A stretch of DNA of 39,669 nucleotides from an uncultured Methanosarcinales archaeon (lineage in GTDB: Archaea; Nanobdellota; Nanobdellia; Woesearchaeales; SKGA01), in contig CAZCGV010000001.1 of NCBI GenBank assembly GCA_964498515.1, positions 1 to 39,669 on the forward strand. The letters are read 5' to 3'. Numbering within the stretch: position 1 is the first letter of the stretch; every line of letters begins with the position of its first letter. The notes below the pieces were generated by a model. It had not been told where the DNA came from and ran no database searches. It was given only the letters and a program-made list of their open reading frames with translations. The position numbers and the translations under genes were made by a program. This document shows, piece by piece, positions 16,222-25,967 of the stretch.

Positions 16222-17631
16222 TTATCGCCCCATCATTTTACGTAGTGCTGGATTCATATCCTCGAGGTGTTGTTTGGCAACATCTTCATATAATTTGTAG
16301 ATGATCATAACTGTTAATAATAATCCTGTACCACTTCCTAAGGCACCAGTCATGTTTGCTATTGAAGCTAAGAAACCTATAAATATTCCACCCATAACTG
16401 TTAGAGGATATATATATCTTTTCAGTAATCGCTCTAAAACTCGAGCATCTTTTCTAAAGCCTGGAATTTGTAATCCTGATGACATCATTTGTTTGGCTTG
16501 AGCACGTGGATCTAAACCAGATGTTTGCATCCAGAACCAACTAAATAATACTGATCCTGCAATCATTATGAGCATGTAAACACCAGCTTGTGCAAAATCC
16601 ATTGCAACAACATTTCCTTGAACTATTTTACTTAGTAAATTAACATTTGTTAGCCATGCAGCAAGACCCCCTACTGCTTGACCGCCTGAAAATGTTCCTA
16701 GCCAAGATAGCCAAGAAATTCCCGCATTACTAACTAATCTGGCTAGTAATTGTATATTTGCAATTAATGCTGAAACTAAAATAACTGGAATAACACTTGT
16801 ATAAATAAAATTTAAAGGCCATCGTATTCCGTGGCCCCTTATTCTTCCAAATGATAAAGGAATTTCTACTTTCATCGCTTGTGCGAAAACAACTATTAAG
16901 AAAACAACGACGGTTGCAATTAGCACAGATAATTTCAATCCTACAGTTAATGAATCCCCCATAGTTAATGATTTGAATATTTGAGGAATTGCTCCAACAT
17001 ATGTATTTGGATCAGATACTCCTGCAGTAACGGGGTGTAATGGACTTAATACTTGAACAAATATGGATTGCGATACTCCGGCTGCGATGAATAAAGATAT
17101 CCCGCTTCCAAAACCCCATTTGTTTATTATTTCGTCTAAATACATAATAATTAATGCACCTATACATAACTGAATTATTAAAACTATTGGATGGATTCCT
17201 GCTTTAGGAGATAAACCTCCCATTAAAACATATATGCATGCTTCCAAAATTATGAAAAAATAAGTTAATAATTTTTGAGTTCCTTGGAAACTTTCTTTTC
17301 CATGGTGTGTCGTTAAATCAAAATTTAATATTCCTGCTCCGTTAAGCAATTGTAGAACGATAGATGCAGTTACAATAGGACCAATACCTAATGAAATTAT
17401 GGAACCAAAACTAGCTCCGAGTACAACAGATAAAAATTCGAATTGTGATAGGGCATTAGCGCCTAAACCATATAAGTGTACAGCTCCTAAAATGAAGAAC
17501 AAAATTAATACGAACGCAGTCCATTTTAATTTTTGACCAAAAGGTAATTTTTTTTCTTTTGGCGCCTTAACTTCTGGAATTATGTTAAGAATTTTTTGCA
17601 TCAACGTCATATTTTTACACCCAAAATACAT
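16222..17631 (-). CDS. secY: preprotein translocase subunit SecY
   Basis: IPEVKAPKEKKLPFGQKLKWT N-terminus, 10-TM layout, GIGPIVTASIVLQLL (TM2 plug region), GISLFIAAGV. The true start is probably the ATG at 17610 (GGGTG SD-like sequence 7 nt upstream) or 17601. Confidence 0.95.
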   Translation of the reverse strand: MYFGCKNMTLMQKILNIIPEVKAPKEKKLPFGQKLKWTAFVLILFFILGAVHLYGLGANALSQFEFLSVVLGASFGSIISLGIGPIVTASIVLQLLNGAGILNFDLTTHHGKESFQGTQKLLTYFFIILEACIYVLMGGLSPKAGIHPIVLIIQLCIGALIIMYLDEIINKWGFGSGISLFIAAGVSQSIFVQVLSPLHPVTAGVSDPNTYVGAIPQIFKSLTMGDSLTVGLKLSVLIATVVVFLIVVFAQAMKVEIPLSFGRIRGHGIRWPLNFIYTSVIPVILVSALIANIQLLARLVSNAGISWLSWLGTFSGGQAVGGLAAWLTNVNLLSKIVQGNVVAMDFAQAGVYMLIMIAGSVLFSWFWMQTSGLDPRAQAKQMMSSGLQIPGFRKDARVLERLLKRYIYPLTVMGGIFIGFLASIANMTGALGSGTGLLLTVMIIYKLYEDVAKQHLEDMNPALRKMMGR

Positions 17632-17687
17632 TTAAGGGGAATAACTTATTTAAAAATCTTCCCGTATTAAAAAATAAAAAATAAAAA

Positions 17688-18143
17688 TTATTCTTTAGAG
17701 GGCTCATTTAATTCAATTGAACCGCCCGCAGATTTTATTTTCGCAATTGCAGACTCTGTTGCGCTTTTAACAACAATTTTGAAAGCAAATTTAGGATTAC
17801 CTGTAGCAATTAACTTATCCACACCTAATGCAGATAAATCTACAAGAAATAAATTACCTTCTTGTTTAGCCATTTGATTTTCAATTAAATAATGTATGTT
17901 CATATTTAACTGGGCTATTGTTGCTGCAACTACTAATTTTGTAGTTGGATTAGTAAATCCGTGTTTTCCTTCACGATTCTTTATTTTCCAAAAGGATGGT
18001 TTTTTTGCATCTCCTCTTTTACCGGAACCTGCATTTCCACGACCTCCTCGACTACCTGCGCCTCGATGTTTTTTCTTTTCACCATGACCGTGTGTCCAGG
18101 AACCTCGATGTCTTGAAATTTTTTTACGATGATTAGTTGTCAT
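17688..18143 (-). CDS. rpl15: 50S ribosomal protein uL15
   Basis: G/R/K-rich N-terminus HRGSWTHGHGEKKKHRGAGSRGGRGNAG and position before secY. Confidence 0.9.
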   Translation of the reverse strand: MTTNHRKKISRHRGSWTHGHGEKKKHRGAGSRGGRGNAGSGKRGDAKKPSFWKIKNREGKHGFTNPTTKLVVAATIAQLNMNIHYLIENQMAKQEGNLFLVDLSALGVDKLIATGNPKFAFKIVVKSATESAIAKIKSAGGSIELNEPSKE

Positions 18144-18153
18144 TTTGGATACC

Positions 18154-18525
18154 TCATATCATTTTGGAAATTAATTCATTTATTTTTTCGCCTCTGTAGC
18201 CTAAAGCTCCACCAACGACAAATGATTTTTTTATTCCTTTTCTTTCAAAACCTTTTACTGGAGGTGCAAGGGAATAAAACTTTTTAATAGTTCCGTCTTT
18301 TAATTTTTTCTCTCTTTTTTCTTTTAATAATGCCATTATTTCATCTGAAACTTCACCATATGTTGTAAAATTTTCAACTTTTTTAAGCATTCCACGATAA
18401 GTTGGCGTATCTTCAACCACAACACATGTGTGTTTTTTTTTCAGATTTAAAAAATATAATGTTTCTCTTATATCTCTACGAACTCCAACCAAACCTCTGA
18501 TTAAAATTACTGCTAATTTACTCAT
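18154..18525 (-). CDS. rpl30: 50S ribosomal protein uL30
   Basis: MSKLAVILIRGLVGVRRDIRETLYFLNLKKKHTCVVV. The ATG at 18525 is preferred over the track start at 18567, which lies inside uS5. Confidence 0.9.
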   Translation of the reverse strand: MSKLAVILIRGLVGVRRDIRETLYFLNLKKKHTCVVVEDTPTYRGMLKKVENFTTYGEVSDEIMALLKEKREKKLKDGTIKKFYSLAPPVKGFERKGIKKSFVVGGALGYRGEKINELISKMI

Positions 18526-19291
18526 TTGAATCCACCTTTTGTGATTTTTTTGTTGAACTTTCTGCAATGGATAAAAATTCCATGTGTTCAGGCATTATTC
18601 TCGTTCTTGATAATTTTTTTAATGCTTGCATTGTTGCAGTTATTACGTTTATTTTATTTTTTGTTTGTCCTTGGGATTTGGCCCACACATTTTGTATTCC
18701 TGCTAATTTTAAAATTTTAGCAATCTCTTTATCGCAAACCAAGCCTTTACCTTTTGGTGCAGACATTAACATTAATCTATATGAACCGCAAGAACCTGTT
18801 ACTGCAAAAGGAATTGAATGAGGTTCATTTGAATCTTCTTCCCAAGAGCCACTTCCCCGTCTTACTGTGATTAAATTTAATTTTGCTTGTCTTAATGCTT
18901 TTTCTCTCGCGGGCACAGTTTCTTTAGATTTTCCAAATCCAACACCTACATGACCATCGCTATCTCCAACTACGGCCATAGTTGCAAATTTAGGTTTATT
19001 ACCTTCTCTCGTTTTTTTCTGTGTTTGTCTGAACACTCTTCTTTGACCGCCGCCAAATTTACCTTTTGCTTGCCCAATTAATAATAATTCACTTTTTAAA
19101 GTTAATAATGTATCTACGATTTCAGGTTCTAATATTCGCATACCTGTATTTAATATTTCATCTATGGATTTGATTTCCCCTGATTTTACTTTCTTACCTA
19201 ATTCAGTTTTAGGCACCCAAGCATCTAAACTAGCTGTAGCATCGTCAAAATTTTGAGGTAGTCTATTTTTTTGCGAGTTATTTTGTTTCAT
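18518..19291 (-). CDS. rps5: 30S ribosomal protein uS5
   Basis: GGGQRRVFRQTQKKTREGNKPKFATMAVVGDSDGHVGVGFGKSKE and a C-terminal NVITATMQALKKL. Confidence 0.9.
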   Translation of the reverse strand: MKQNNSQKNRLPQNFDDATASLDAWVPKTELGKKVKSGEIKSIDEILNTGMRILEPEIVDTLLTLKSELLLIGQAKGKFGGGQRRVFRQTQKKTREGNKPKFATMAVVGDSDGHVGVGFGKSKETVPAREKALRQAKLNLITVRRGSGSWEEDSNEPHSIPFAVTGSCGSYRLMLMSAPKGKGLVCDKEIAKILKLAGIQNVWAKSQGQTKNKINVITATMQALKKLSRTRIMPEHMEFLSIAESSTKKSQKVDSNE

Positions 19292-19296
19292 TTTGA

Positions 19297-19848
19297 TTAC
19301 TCCATTATTTTCTTTTTAACTGCTTCGAAAACAGTTGGCATTTTAGTTACATCTAAGTTTTTAGATTTATATTTGCTGAATAAATATAAATCCGACATTT
19401 TTGCTATGTGTTCGCCTTTTAATCTTGATTCTTCGGGGAAAACTTTCGCATCTGCAGGAATATTTAGTCCTCCGTCTATTGCACCTTTTAGTGCTGCATA
19501 AACTTTTGATTTTTGTTGCGGTGTTTGCAATCCTAAATCTAAAACTGCTTCACTTACTTTTTTATCTTTAGCTGTTTTTGCCAATAATAAACCTGTTAAA
19601 TATGCTGCAGGAATTGATTTTTTACTGTATTCCCAACCAAATTTAGTTAGTTTTTTGGAGGGTATTGTTGCAATAACTCTATCTCCATCTTCATAATAAT
19701 TTACCAACTGTAAAACTATTTCGGTATTTGTTTTTCGAATAACTAATCTTGGTAAGTTGCTTTTCAATAAAGTTAATCTTCTTTTATAATTAGTTTTACC
19801 TTCTCTTTTTCGCCGATATGCAACAGTGAATATGCTATTTTTTGCCAT
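19297..19848 (-). CDS. rpl18: 50S ribosomal protein uL18
   Basis: RRKREGKTNYKRRLTLLKSNLPRLVIRKTNTEIVLQLV is the archaeal L18/L5e signature. Confidence 0.9.
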   Translation of the reverse strand: MAKNSIFTVAYRRKREGKTNYKRRLTLLKSNLPRLVIRKTNTEIVLQLVNYYEDGDRVIATIPSKKLTKFGWEYSKKSIPAAYLTGLLLAKTAKDKKVSEAVLDLGLQTPQQKSKVYAALKGAIDGGLNIPADAKVFPEESRLKGEHIAKMSDLYLFSKYKSKNLDVTKMPTVFEAVKKKIME

Positions 19849-19850
19849 AA

Positions 19851-20303
19851 TTATCCCTTCCTCATTAGATTATGTTCTTCTATGTAAATCTTTATGTGAC
19901 GTTTGTTTCTAAAAAATCCACCTTTTGATTTTCTATATAAATTTTTATAATTTTCAGCATTCAAAAGTTTTTTCTCTTTTAATTCTTTCAAAAAAGTTCT
20001 TAATAATCTTATTTTGATCATCCAAGATTCTTTCGAGGGATTTCTGGTAGTTTTCTTACCTTTATGTTTTCCAGGTCCTTTTTGTAATCCTTTACTTTTT
20101 TGTTTTGCTTTGTGATTTGCTCTAACTCTAGACACCCCTCTCATAGGAGCTTTAACAACTATGCCTTGATTAACTAAATCAGACATATCATTTCTTGTAA
20201 TTGCTTTACTAACTTCAGACAATCTATCTGGAGAAATTTTTACTCGTTTAAGTGAGCATTTCAATAGTTTGCTTGCAATTTTCTTTTGAACCGACAATTT
20301 CAT
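19851..20303 (-). CDS. rpl19e: 50S ribosomal protein eL19
   Basis: LSVQKKIASKLLKCSLKRVKISPDRLSEV...GKHKGKKTTRNPSKESWMIKIR. Confidence 0.9.
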   Translation of the reverse strand: MKLSVQKKIASKLLKCSLKRVKISPDRLSEVSKAITRNDMSDLVNQGIVVKAPMRGVSRVRANHKAKQKSKGLQKGPGKHKGKKTTRNPSKESWMIKIRLLRTFLKELKEKKLLNAENYKNLYRKSKGGFFRNKRHIKIYIEEHNLMRKG

Positions 20304-20872
20304 TTGTTGTCACCTTTTGGGGTTTCTATTTTTTCAGATTTTTCAACCACAGGAGTTTTTTCTGTTTCTTTTTCAGCAGTTTTTGCTTCTTTTTTAGGTT
20401 TTTCAATTATTTTTTGTTTTTGATTTTTCTTTTTTAATAACTTTGATCTTTGATCTTTTTTATTTTGTAACATTTTTTCATATGTTTCTTTAAATTTATC
20501 AATTTTCAAATTTAATATTTTGAACCCTTTAGTTGTTGCAAACTCTAAAAGTTCGGATTTCTTTTTCATACCCATAGGGCCTGAAATTATTATTCCATCT
20601 TTTGAAGGATTAAGAGATTCTAAATCCGATGCTGAATAAATTAAATTTTGAGTTAAACCTTCAGAAGATAAACCCTTAGCCATAGCAGGAGAACCAAATC
20701 CTGTAGAGCATCCTCTAGCATATCCTTTTCGATGTAACCTCATTTTATTTTGTCTTCCTTTCGGTCGTCTCCAACCATCGCCAACACGTTTCTTTTTATG
20801 GGAATCATGTGTTTTGAAGATTGGTTTCTTTGATTTTAATTTTTTACGAAGTTCTATAACTTTTTGTATCAT
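20300..20872 (-). CDS. rpl32e: 50S ribosomal protein eL32 with ~55-aa K/E-rich C-terminal extension
   Basis: KPIFKTHDSHKKKRVGDGWRRPKGRQNKMRLHRKGY. Tail is KKKNQKQKIIEKPKKEAKTAEKETEKTPVVEKSEK. Confidence 0.85.
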   Translation of the reverse strand: MIQKVIELRKKLKSKKPIFKTHDSHKKKRVGDGWRRPKGRQNKMRLHRKGYARGCSTGFGSPAMAKGLSSEGLTQNLIYSASDLESLNPSKDGIIISGPMGMKKKSELLEFATTKGFKILNLKIDKFKETYEKMLQNKKDQRSKLLKKKNQKQKIIEKPKKEAKTAEKETEKTPVVEKSEKIETPKGDNK

Positions 20873-20880
20873 AATAACAC

Positions 20881-21429
20881 CTATTCAATTTTTTTACCGT
20901 CTTTTTCGATTATGTAAATTCCATCTTGAAATATACGTTTATCAAAACCATTTCTACGAGTTGTTTTTTCTATTGATGCAGCGACTTGAGAAACTAACTC
21001 TTTATCTATTCCAAAAACAGTTATTATAGTTCCATCTAGTTTAACCTCTGCATTTGAATTTAAAATGCATTTTCTTGGAACTGCCTCTCCAATAAAATTT
21101 TTAATTTCTAAAATATTATTTTTTATTGAAACATTCATTGGAAAATGACCTGAACAAATTTTTAATTTATACATGTGTCCTTCTGAAACTCCTTTAACCA
21201 AATTTTTTAAAAGGGATAAAAATGTATTTAATAATTTTTTTTCAGATTGCCTAACTTTCTCAGTTTTTAATTCAATTTTATTTCCTTCAACCTTTAAATT
21301 TATTAAGGGGTGTGTGAATGATTTTGATACTTCTCCTTTTGGGCCCTTAAAAGTGACAATACCTTTATCAATAATGCATGTAACTCCTTCAGGTATGGAG
21401 AATATTTCTGAATTTTTTGTTTGAGACAT
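20881..21429 (-). CDS. rpl6: 50S ribosomal protein uL6
   Basis: IPEGVTCIIDKGIVTFKGPKGEVSKSF and the duplicated alpha/beta domain layout. Position is between uS8 and eL32. Confidence 0.9.
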   Translation of the reverse strand: MSQTKNSEIFSIPEGVTCIIDKGIVTFKGPKGEVSKSFTHPLINLKVEGNKIELKTEKVRQSEKKLLNTFLSLLKNLVKGVSEGHMYKLKICSGHFPMNVSIKNNILEIKNFIGEAVPRKCILNSNAEVKLDGTIITVFGIDKELVSQVAASIEKTTRRNGFDKRIFQDGIYIIEKDGKKIE

Positions 21430-21440
21430 TTTATATTATA

Positions 21441-21833
21441 TCAATAGCAAAAGCTAATGAGTTTTCCTCCTAATTTTTTATCTTTGGCTTCTTTGTGCGT
21501 CATCAAACCTTGGTTTGTTGAAACTAGTAAAAATCCAAAATTTTTAGCGAGTAAAAATCGTTTTTCAAATTTTTCATAATCTTCAATTTTTACAGCGAAT
21601 CGTGGTTTTATAACTCCACAATTATTTAGATTTCCACTTAAGGTAATTTTTAGAAAATCTCCTTTTGAATCTTTTATTTCTTGAATTTCTTGAATATAAT
21701 TTGCATCATTCATAATTGATAAAACTTTTCGTATTAATTTGGAGTTATTATCTACAATTACTTCAAACTTACCTATTTTTGTGGCATTGCTCAATTTTGA
21801 CAACACATTTGCTAATGGATCATTAAGTGACAT
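21441..21833 (-). CDS. rps8: 30S ribosomal protein uS8
   Basis: MSLNDPLANVLSKLSNA... and a C-terminal GLMTHKEAKDKKLGGKLISFCY. The ATG at 21833 is preferred over the track start at 21845. Confidence 0.9.
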   Translation of the reverse strand: MSLNDPLANVLSKLSNATKIGKFEVIVDNNSKLIRKVLSIMNDANYIQEIQEIKDSKGDFLKITLSGNLNNCGVIKPRFAVKIEDYEKFEKRFLLAKNFGFLLVSTNQGLMTHKEAKDKKLGGKLISFCY

Positions 21834-21841
21834 TTTTAACC

Positions 21842-22072
21842 TCAACTAAACTTTTTAAAACCTAATTCTAGGGCATTTTCTCTAAAACATTGTCTGCATA
21901 CATCTAAACCATATTTACCTACATGAGCTCCTGTTCGTCCACATAATTTACATTTTTTTGTAGACTGACCAAATTTACGATCTCTTGGAACATTATGTTT
22001 CAAATATTTTTGATATTTTCCTGGCTTGATGCCAATTTGTTTTACCATTTTTGCATGATTGGAAGTAGTCAT
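21842..22072 (-). CDS. rps14: 30S ribosomal protein uS14 (zinc type) with N-terminal extension
   Basis: [45 protein letters not shown] (CxxC...CxxC). Confidence 0.9.
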   Translation of the reverse strand: MTTSNHAKMVKQIGIKPGKYQKYLKHNVPRDRKFGQSTKKCKLCGRTGAHVGKYGLDVCRQCFRENALELGFKKFS

Positions 22073-22073
22073 T

Positions 22074-22589
22074 TTAATTCTCCTCTAAAGCAAGTCCAAA
22101 TGTTTCTTTTGTAAATGAAATTGCTTCTTCTTTTTTTATTAAATGCGTTTTACCTATGGATGTTTTTCTAATTTTACGTTTTTTTACCCTAAATCCTGGT
22201 CGGGAAAGAGTAATTGAAACTTGCAATCCTAAAATTCCTAACTCAGTATCATATTTAACACCAGGGATATCAACGTATTCATGGATGCCAAAAGATATAT
22301 TTCCATAATTATCAAAACACTCTGCTTTTAATTTATTATCTCTAGCCATAAATAATCTTTTTACTAATTCGTTAACCACTTCTTTATCTCTTAAAGTAAT
22401 TTTTGCGCCGATAGGTAGACCGGGTCTTAACCCCCAAGCAGCCAATCTTTTTTGTGTTATGGTTTGAACAGGATCAACATTAGTTATATTTTTTAATAAT
22501 TTGACTGCTTTTTTTAACATAGTTGCATCTTTCCCTGCACCTATGTTTAAAGTTAGCTTATCAATTTTTATTTTTTTCATGACATTCAT
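22074..22589 (-). CDS. rpl5: 50S ribosomal protein uL5
   Basis: [14 protein letters not shown]... [31 protein letters not shown]. Confidence 0.9.
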   Translation of the reverse strand: MNVMKKIKIDKLTLNIGAGKDATMLKKAVKLLKNITNVDPVQTITQKRLAAWGLRPGLPIGAKITLRDKEVVNELVKRLFMARDNKLKAECFDNYGNISFGIHEYVDIPGVKYDTELGILGLQVSITLSRPGFRVKKRKIRKTSIGKTHLIKKEEAISFTKETFGLALEEN

Positions 22590-22599
22590 TTTAATACAC

Positions 22600-23289
22600 C
22601 TATAAATTTATCACTGGTTTATTTTTTCCCACCACGAATGCAAAATATTTTTTTGTTGTAAATTCAGCATCGTCTGTTTTGATTGTTACAATCGAATCTT
22701 TTGATTCTTTTATAGTTCCCACTTCACCGACATGGGCTCCTGCAATTAAAATAACTGGGGCACCAGATATACAAGGATAATGTTCAGATATTTTTTGCTC
22801 CGGTAAATTTATTTTCAAACTATCTCCAATGGCATATGTAGTTGCATCTTTAATTAACATATTTCGACCATCTGTGAAATTTAATTGAACTTTATTTCCT
22901 TTTAGGTTTGTTTTAGAGGAAATTCTTACTAATTTAAATGAACTATCTTCTTTAGTTATTTGACTTAAATATAATTTATTTTTTTTGTTTATTAATATCA
23001 TATGATACGAATCTATTGATGGAAGAGAAATTATGTCCATAATCCCTGCAGGTCGTCTATAATCATGGCAAAGTTTACCATCAACCATACAAGATTTATT
23101 TTTCAATATGAATTTAACTTCTTTTGTAGATTTAGCTATCTTCAATAAATCTCTTAAAATTAATGTGATTGGCATCTGAAGAGACATTTTGTGCGGCCCT
23201 GGATTTGGTCTTGTCGTAAAAGTTATATTTTTCTTTTTGATTGCCCAACTTTTAGGACTTGCTAATCGTTTTAAATGTTGTTTTGTCAT
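22600..23289 (-). CDS. rps4e: 30S ribosomal protein eS4
   Basis: HLKRLASPKSWAIKKKNITFTTRPNPGPHK and a KOW-like C-terminal half. Confidence 0.9.
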   Translation of the reverse strand: MTKQHLKRLASPKSWAIKKKNITFTTRPNPGPHKMSLQMPITLILRDLLKIAKSTKEVKFILKNKSCMVDGKLCHDYRRPAGIMDIISLPSIDSYHMILINKKNKLYLSQITKEDSSFKLVRISSKTNLKGNKVQLNFTDGRNMLIKDATTYAIGDSLKINLPEQKISEHYPCISGAPVILIAGAHVGEVGTIKESKDSIVTIKTDDAEFTTKKYFAFVVGKNKPVINL

Positions 23290-23291
23290 TT

Positions 23292-23675
23292 TTAATCACT
23301 CTTTTTAAGATTTTTTAATCTTTTTTTATCTTCTTTAAATAATTCTAAAAGCATAACGTTTGAAGGATCCACAGGATAAAGAGATTTTGATCCATCTCTT
23401 TTAGTTAGAGCTATTCCAGTTATATATAATTTTGATTTTGAAACGGAAACTTTTTCAACCACTCCGGATTTATTTTTGAATTGTCCTCTTAAAACTTTAA
23501 CTTTATCTCCTTTTCTAACTCTTAAACTTCTAACTCCTTCTTTTGAACGAAGTTCTTTTGAAAGATGTGCATTCAAAAATTCGCCTTTTATATGTAATGG
23601 TGCGTTAGTACGAAATTTTCTTTGTTTGTTTGGTTTAATGCTTCTTAACCAACTTAGTGAAAATATTGATTTCAT
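23292..23675 (-). CDS. rpl24: 50S ribosomal protein uL24
   Basis: LRVRKGDKVKVLRGQFKNKSGVVEKV (KOW motif). Position is between uL14 and eS4. Confidence 0.9.
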   Translation of the reverse strand: MKSIFSLSWLRSIKPNKQRKFRTNAPLHIKGEFLNAHLSKELRSKEGVRSLRVRKGDKVKVLRGQFKNKSGVVEKVSVSKSKLYITGIALTKRDGSKSLYPVDPSNVMLLELFKEDKKRLKNLKKSD

Positions 23676-23685
23676 TTTAATACCT

Positions 23686-24087
23686 CTATAATATTATGTT
23701 TGCTACTTTTGCAACAGCAGGCCATCTACTTGCAGCTTCCTTAGCAATCGGTCCTTTGAAAATAGTTCCTTTGGGATTACCTTTATCGTCTTTTAATATA
23801 ACTACTGCGTTGTCCTCGAAACTAACTCTTGTGCCATCAGGTCGTTTGAATTCCTTTTTTTGTCTTACTACAATTCCGTATGCAACAGTTTTTCGCATAT
23901 CGGGTCGACCTTTTTTTACTGCAACTACAACCATATCTCCCACTCCTGCTCCAGGGATTCTTCCTTTAACAGTTTTTTTACGTTTAACGCCAGTTATTTT
24001 AATTAATTTTGCTCCTGAATTATCACACGTATCAACATGAGAGCCAATTTGTAATCCGTTCGTTACGTTTGCTTTTATTGCTTTCAT
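23686..24087 (-). CDS. rpl14: 50S ribosomal protein uL14
   Basis: DNSGAKLIKITGV...GDMVVVAVKKG...VRQKKEFKRPDGTRVSFEDNAVVIL. Confidence 0.95.
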   Translation of the reverse strand: MKAIKANVTNGLQIGSHVDTCDNSGAKLIKITGVKRKKTVKGRIPGAGVGDMVVVAVKKGRPDMRKTVAYGIVVRQKKEFKRPDGTRVSFEDNAVVILKDDKGNPKGTIFKGPIAKEAASRWPAVAKVANIIL

Positions 24088-24089
24088 TT

Positions 24090-24371
24090 TTAATTACCTG
24101 TAGCTTTTTCTAAAATTTCCAATACGGTAAAATTTTTAGTTTTTGAAAGAGGTCTAACTTCTCCAATTTTAACTAAATCTCCTTCCTGAGCGTTGATATT
24201 TTCTGGGTTATGCGCGGCGACCTTGGAAGTTTTTTTAGTAAACCGTTCGAATTTTCTTAAAAGAACTTTTCGTTCCCATTCGACAGTCACTGTTTTGTGC
24301 ATTTTGGCACTAACAACTTTACCTACGATTATTTTTCCGCGAACACTTGTGTTTGTAATGTTTGAAGTCAT
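24090..24371 (-). CDS. rps17: 30S ribosomal protein uS17
   Basis: GKVVSAKMHKTVTVEWERKVLLRKFERFTKKTSKVAAHNP...GDLVKIGEVRPLSKTKNF. Confidence 0.9.
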   Translation of the reverse strand: MTSNITNTSVRGKIIVGKVVSAKMHKTVTVEWERKVLLRKFERFTKKTSKVAAHNPENINAQEGDLVKIGEVRPLSKTKNFTVLEILEKATGN

Positions 24372-24438
24372 TCTTCATTCCTCTTGTTTAATTATTTTTT
24401 AATTGTTAAAAATTGGATTTTTAACTTCAAAAGATTTT

Positions 24439-24684
24439 TTATCTTTTGATTCTTTGATCACATCGTCCAATTATTGAATCGCCCGTAATGGTGACGTTTT
24501 CAATTGTAAAAACGGTTCCTTTTTTCAAAACTGTTTTTTTTGAACCTTCCTTCACAATAATGAATGTGTTTTTTGTTTCATCCACTATTTTACCTTTCAA
24601 CCCAACATAAGATTGATTTTTTGCACCTAGGATGCAAACTTGGTTGCCTATGAAAGACAATCTTTGAACTTTATCTTTTGCCAT
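24439..24684 (-). CDS. rnp1: RNase P protein component 1 (Rpp29/Pop4)
   Basis: FIGNQVCILGAKNQSYVGLKGKIVDETKNTFII...GTVFTI is the Sm-like Rpp29 core. Occupies the canonical position between SUI1/uL29 and uS17. The ATG at 24684 is preferred (track start 24723). Confidence 0.8.
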   Translation of the reverse strand: MAKDKVQRLSFIGNQVCILGAKNQSYVGLKGKIVDETKNTFIIVKEGSKKTVLKKGTVFTIENVTITGDSIIGRCDQRIKR

Positions 24685-24991
24685 TGTGAACTTCAATTGT
24701 TTCGGGAGCAAAACCAAGTTCAATCAAAACATCTTTTATTTTGGTAATGTGATTGCCTTGCAATTCAATAAAATCTTTTTTTGCTGTTCCTCCACAAGCG
24801 AATTTATTTTTTAGTTTCTTTGTGATATCTTTCACATCAATTTCAGTAGGATTTAATCCTTCAACAACAGTATATTGTTTTCCAAATTTTTTCTTGATTA
24901 TTTTGATTACTATTTTTTGACTTTCTTTTGAAATGTTATCCCATGCTGAAAGTTCTTTTGGGAGACCCGTTACTGGACAAATATCAACCAT
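24671..24991 (-). CDS. sui1: translation initiation factor aSUI1 (eIF1 homolog)
   Basis: KKKFGKQYTVVEGLNP...ITKKLKNKFACGGTAKKDFIELQGNHITKIKDVLIELGF. Confidence 0.9.
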   Translation of the reverse strand: MVDICPVTGLPKELSAWDNISKESQKIVIKIIKKKFGKQYTVVEGLNPTEIDVKDITKKLKNKFACGGTAKKDFIELQGNHITKIKDVLIELGFAPETIEVHNGKR

Positions 24992-25182
24992 TATTTAGCC
25001 TCGTCATCCTTTACAGAGGATATTTGTGCTATTATTTTTTTTAATTGTTTTACTTGACCAGGACTTTTTAGTACTGTTCCTTGAGATACTTGTGCTCTTA
25101 ATTTAAGTAATTCCATTTGCGATTCTTTTAATTTTTTATCTCGGTCTGCAGGAGTCATTGTTAAAATTTCTTTGAATTTCAT
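24991..25182 (-). CDS. rpl29: 50S ribosomal protein uL29
   Basis: LTMTPADRDKKLKESQMELLKLRAQVSQG...KKIIAQI. TAATG overlap with the SUI1 start. Confidence 0.9.
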   Translation of the reverse strand: MKFKEILTMTPADRDKKLKESQMELLKLRAQVSQGTVLKSPGQVKQLKKIIAQISSVKDDEAK

Positions 25183-25967
25183 TTTTTATCCTCCGAAGAC
25201 GGAATTTCTTCTTCAACAACTTTTTCTTTTTTAGGTTTCGATTCTTTTTCTACTTTCTTTTTTGTTGAAGTTTTTTTAGGTTCTCTTTTTGTTGTTCTTT
25301 TTTTAGGCTTTTCTTGCTTTACTTCTTTTAAACGATTTTTAGTTTCTAAAATCGGTGCACGTTCTATTTCTGTTGAACTGATTTCAATTTTATCTGGCAA
25401 AATTGTTGAACCAGGCATTATTTTAACTTGAACTCCTACAATGCCGGTCTTTAAACATGCGCTTGTTTTACAAGTATTAACTCCTGTTATTGCAATATCT
25501 CCACATTTTTTCATGTAGCCTGCTGCAAATCTCCAACTTTTTGCCCTTGATGAAGGTATTTTTCCAGAGATTAATATCTCCACACCTAAAGCACCGCTAT
25601 CCATAACTCTGCTTAGTGTTTTATGTCCAATTCCTTTGAATCTTTGTGAACCAAAACGTTCTAATTGATTAACAATATTTTCAGCAACTACAGTTGCATC
25701 TGAATTTACATCTTTTAATTCATCAATTTCAATTTCAGGATTTTCTAATTTAAAATCATCTTTCATTACTTTTGTTAATTTTTGAATAACTGCTCCACCT
25801 CTTCCAACTACTAAACCCGGTCTATTTGCAGATATTAAAATTTTTTCACCCATGCTTGTTCTTTGGAGTTTAACATCGCTTAAACCTGCTCGATTTAATT
25901 CGAGTTTGAGATATTGTTTTATGTGAAACTCTCTAAATTTTTGGGATACGAATTTTCGTTCAATCAT
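25179..25967 (-). CDS. rps3: 30S ribosomal protein uS3 with K-rich C-terminal tail
   Basis: KH domain PGLVVGRGGAVIQKLTKVM and the C-terminal domain GVEILISGKIPSSRAKSWRFAAGY. The last ~55 aa are lysine-rich. Confidence 0.9.
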   Translation of the reverse strand: MIERKFVSQKFREFHIKQYLKLELNRAGLSDVKLQRTSMGEKILISANRPGLVVGRGGAVIQKLTKVMKDDFKLENPEIEIDELKDVNSDATVVAENIVNQLERFGSQRFKGIGHKTLSRVMDSGALGVEILISGKIPSSRAKSWRFAAGYMKKCGDIAITGVNTCKTSACLKTGIVGVQVKIMPGSTILPDKIEISSTEIERAPILETKNRLKEVKQEKPKKRTTKREPKKTSTKKKVEKESKPKKEKVVEEEIPSSEDKK

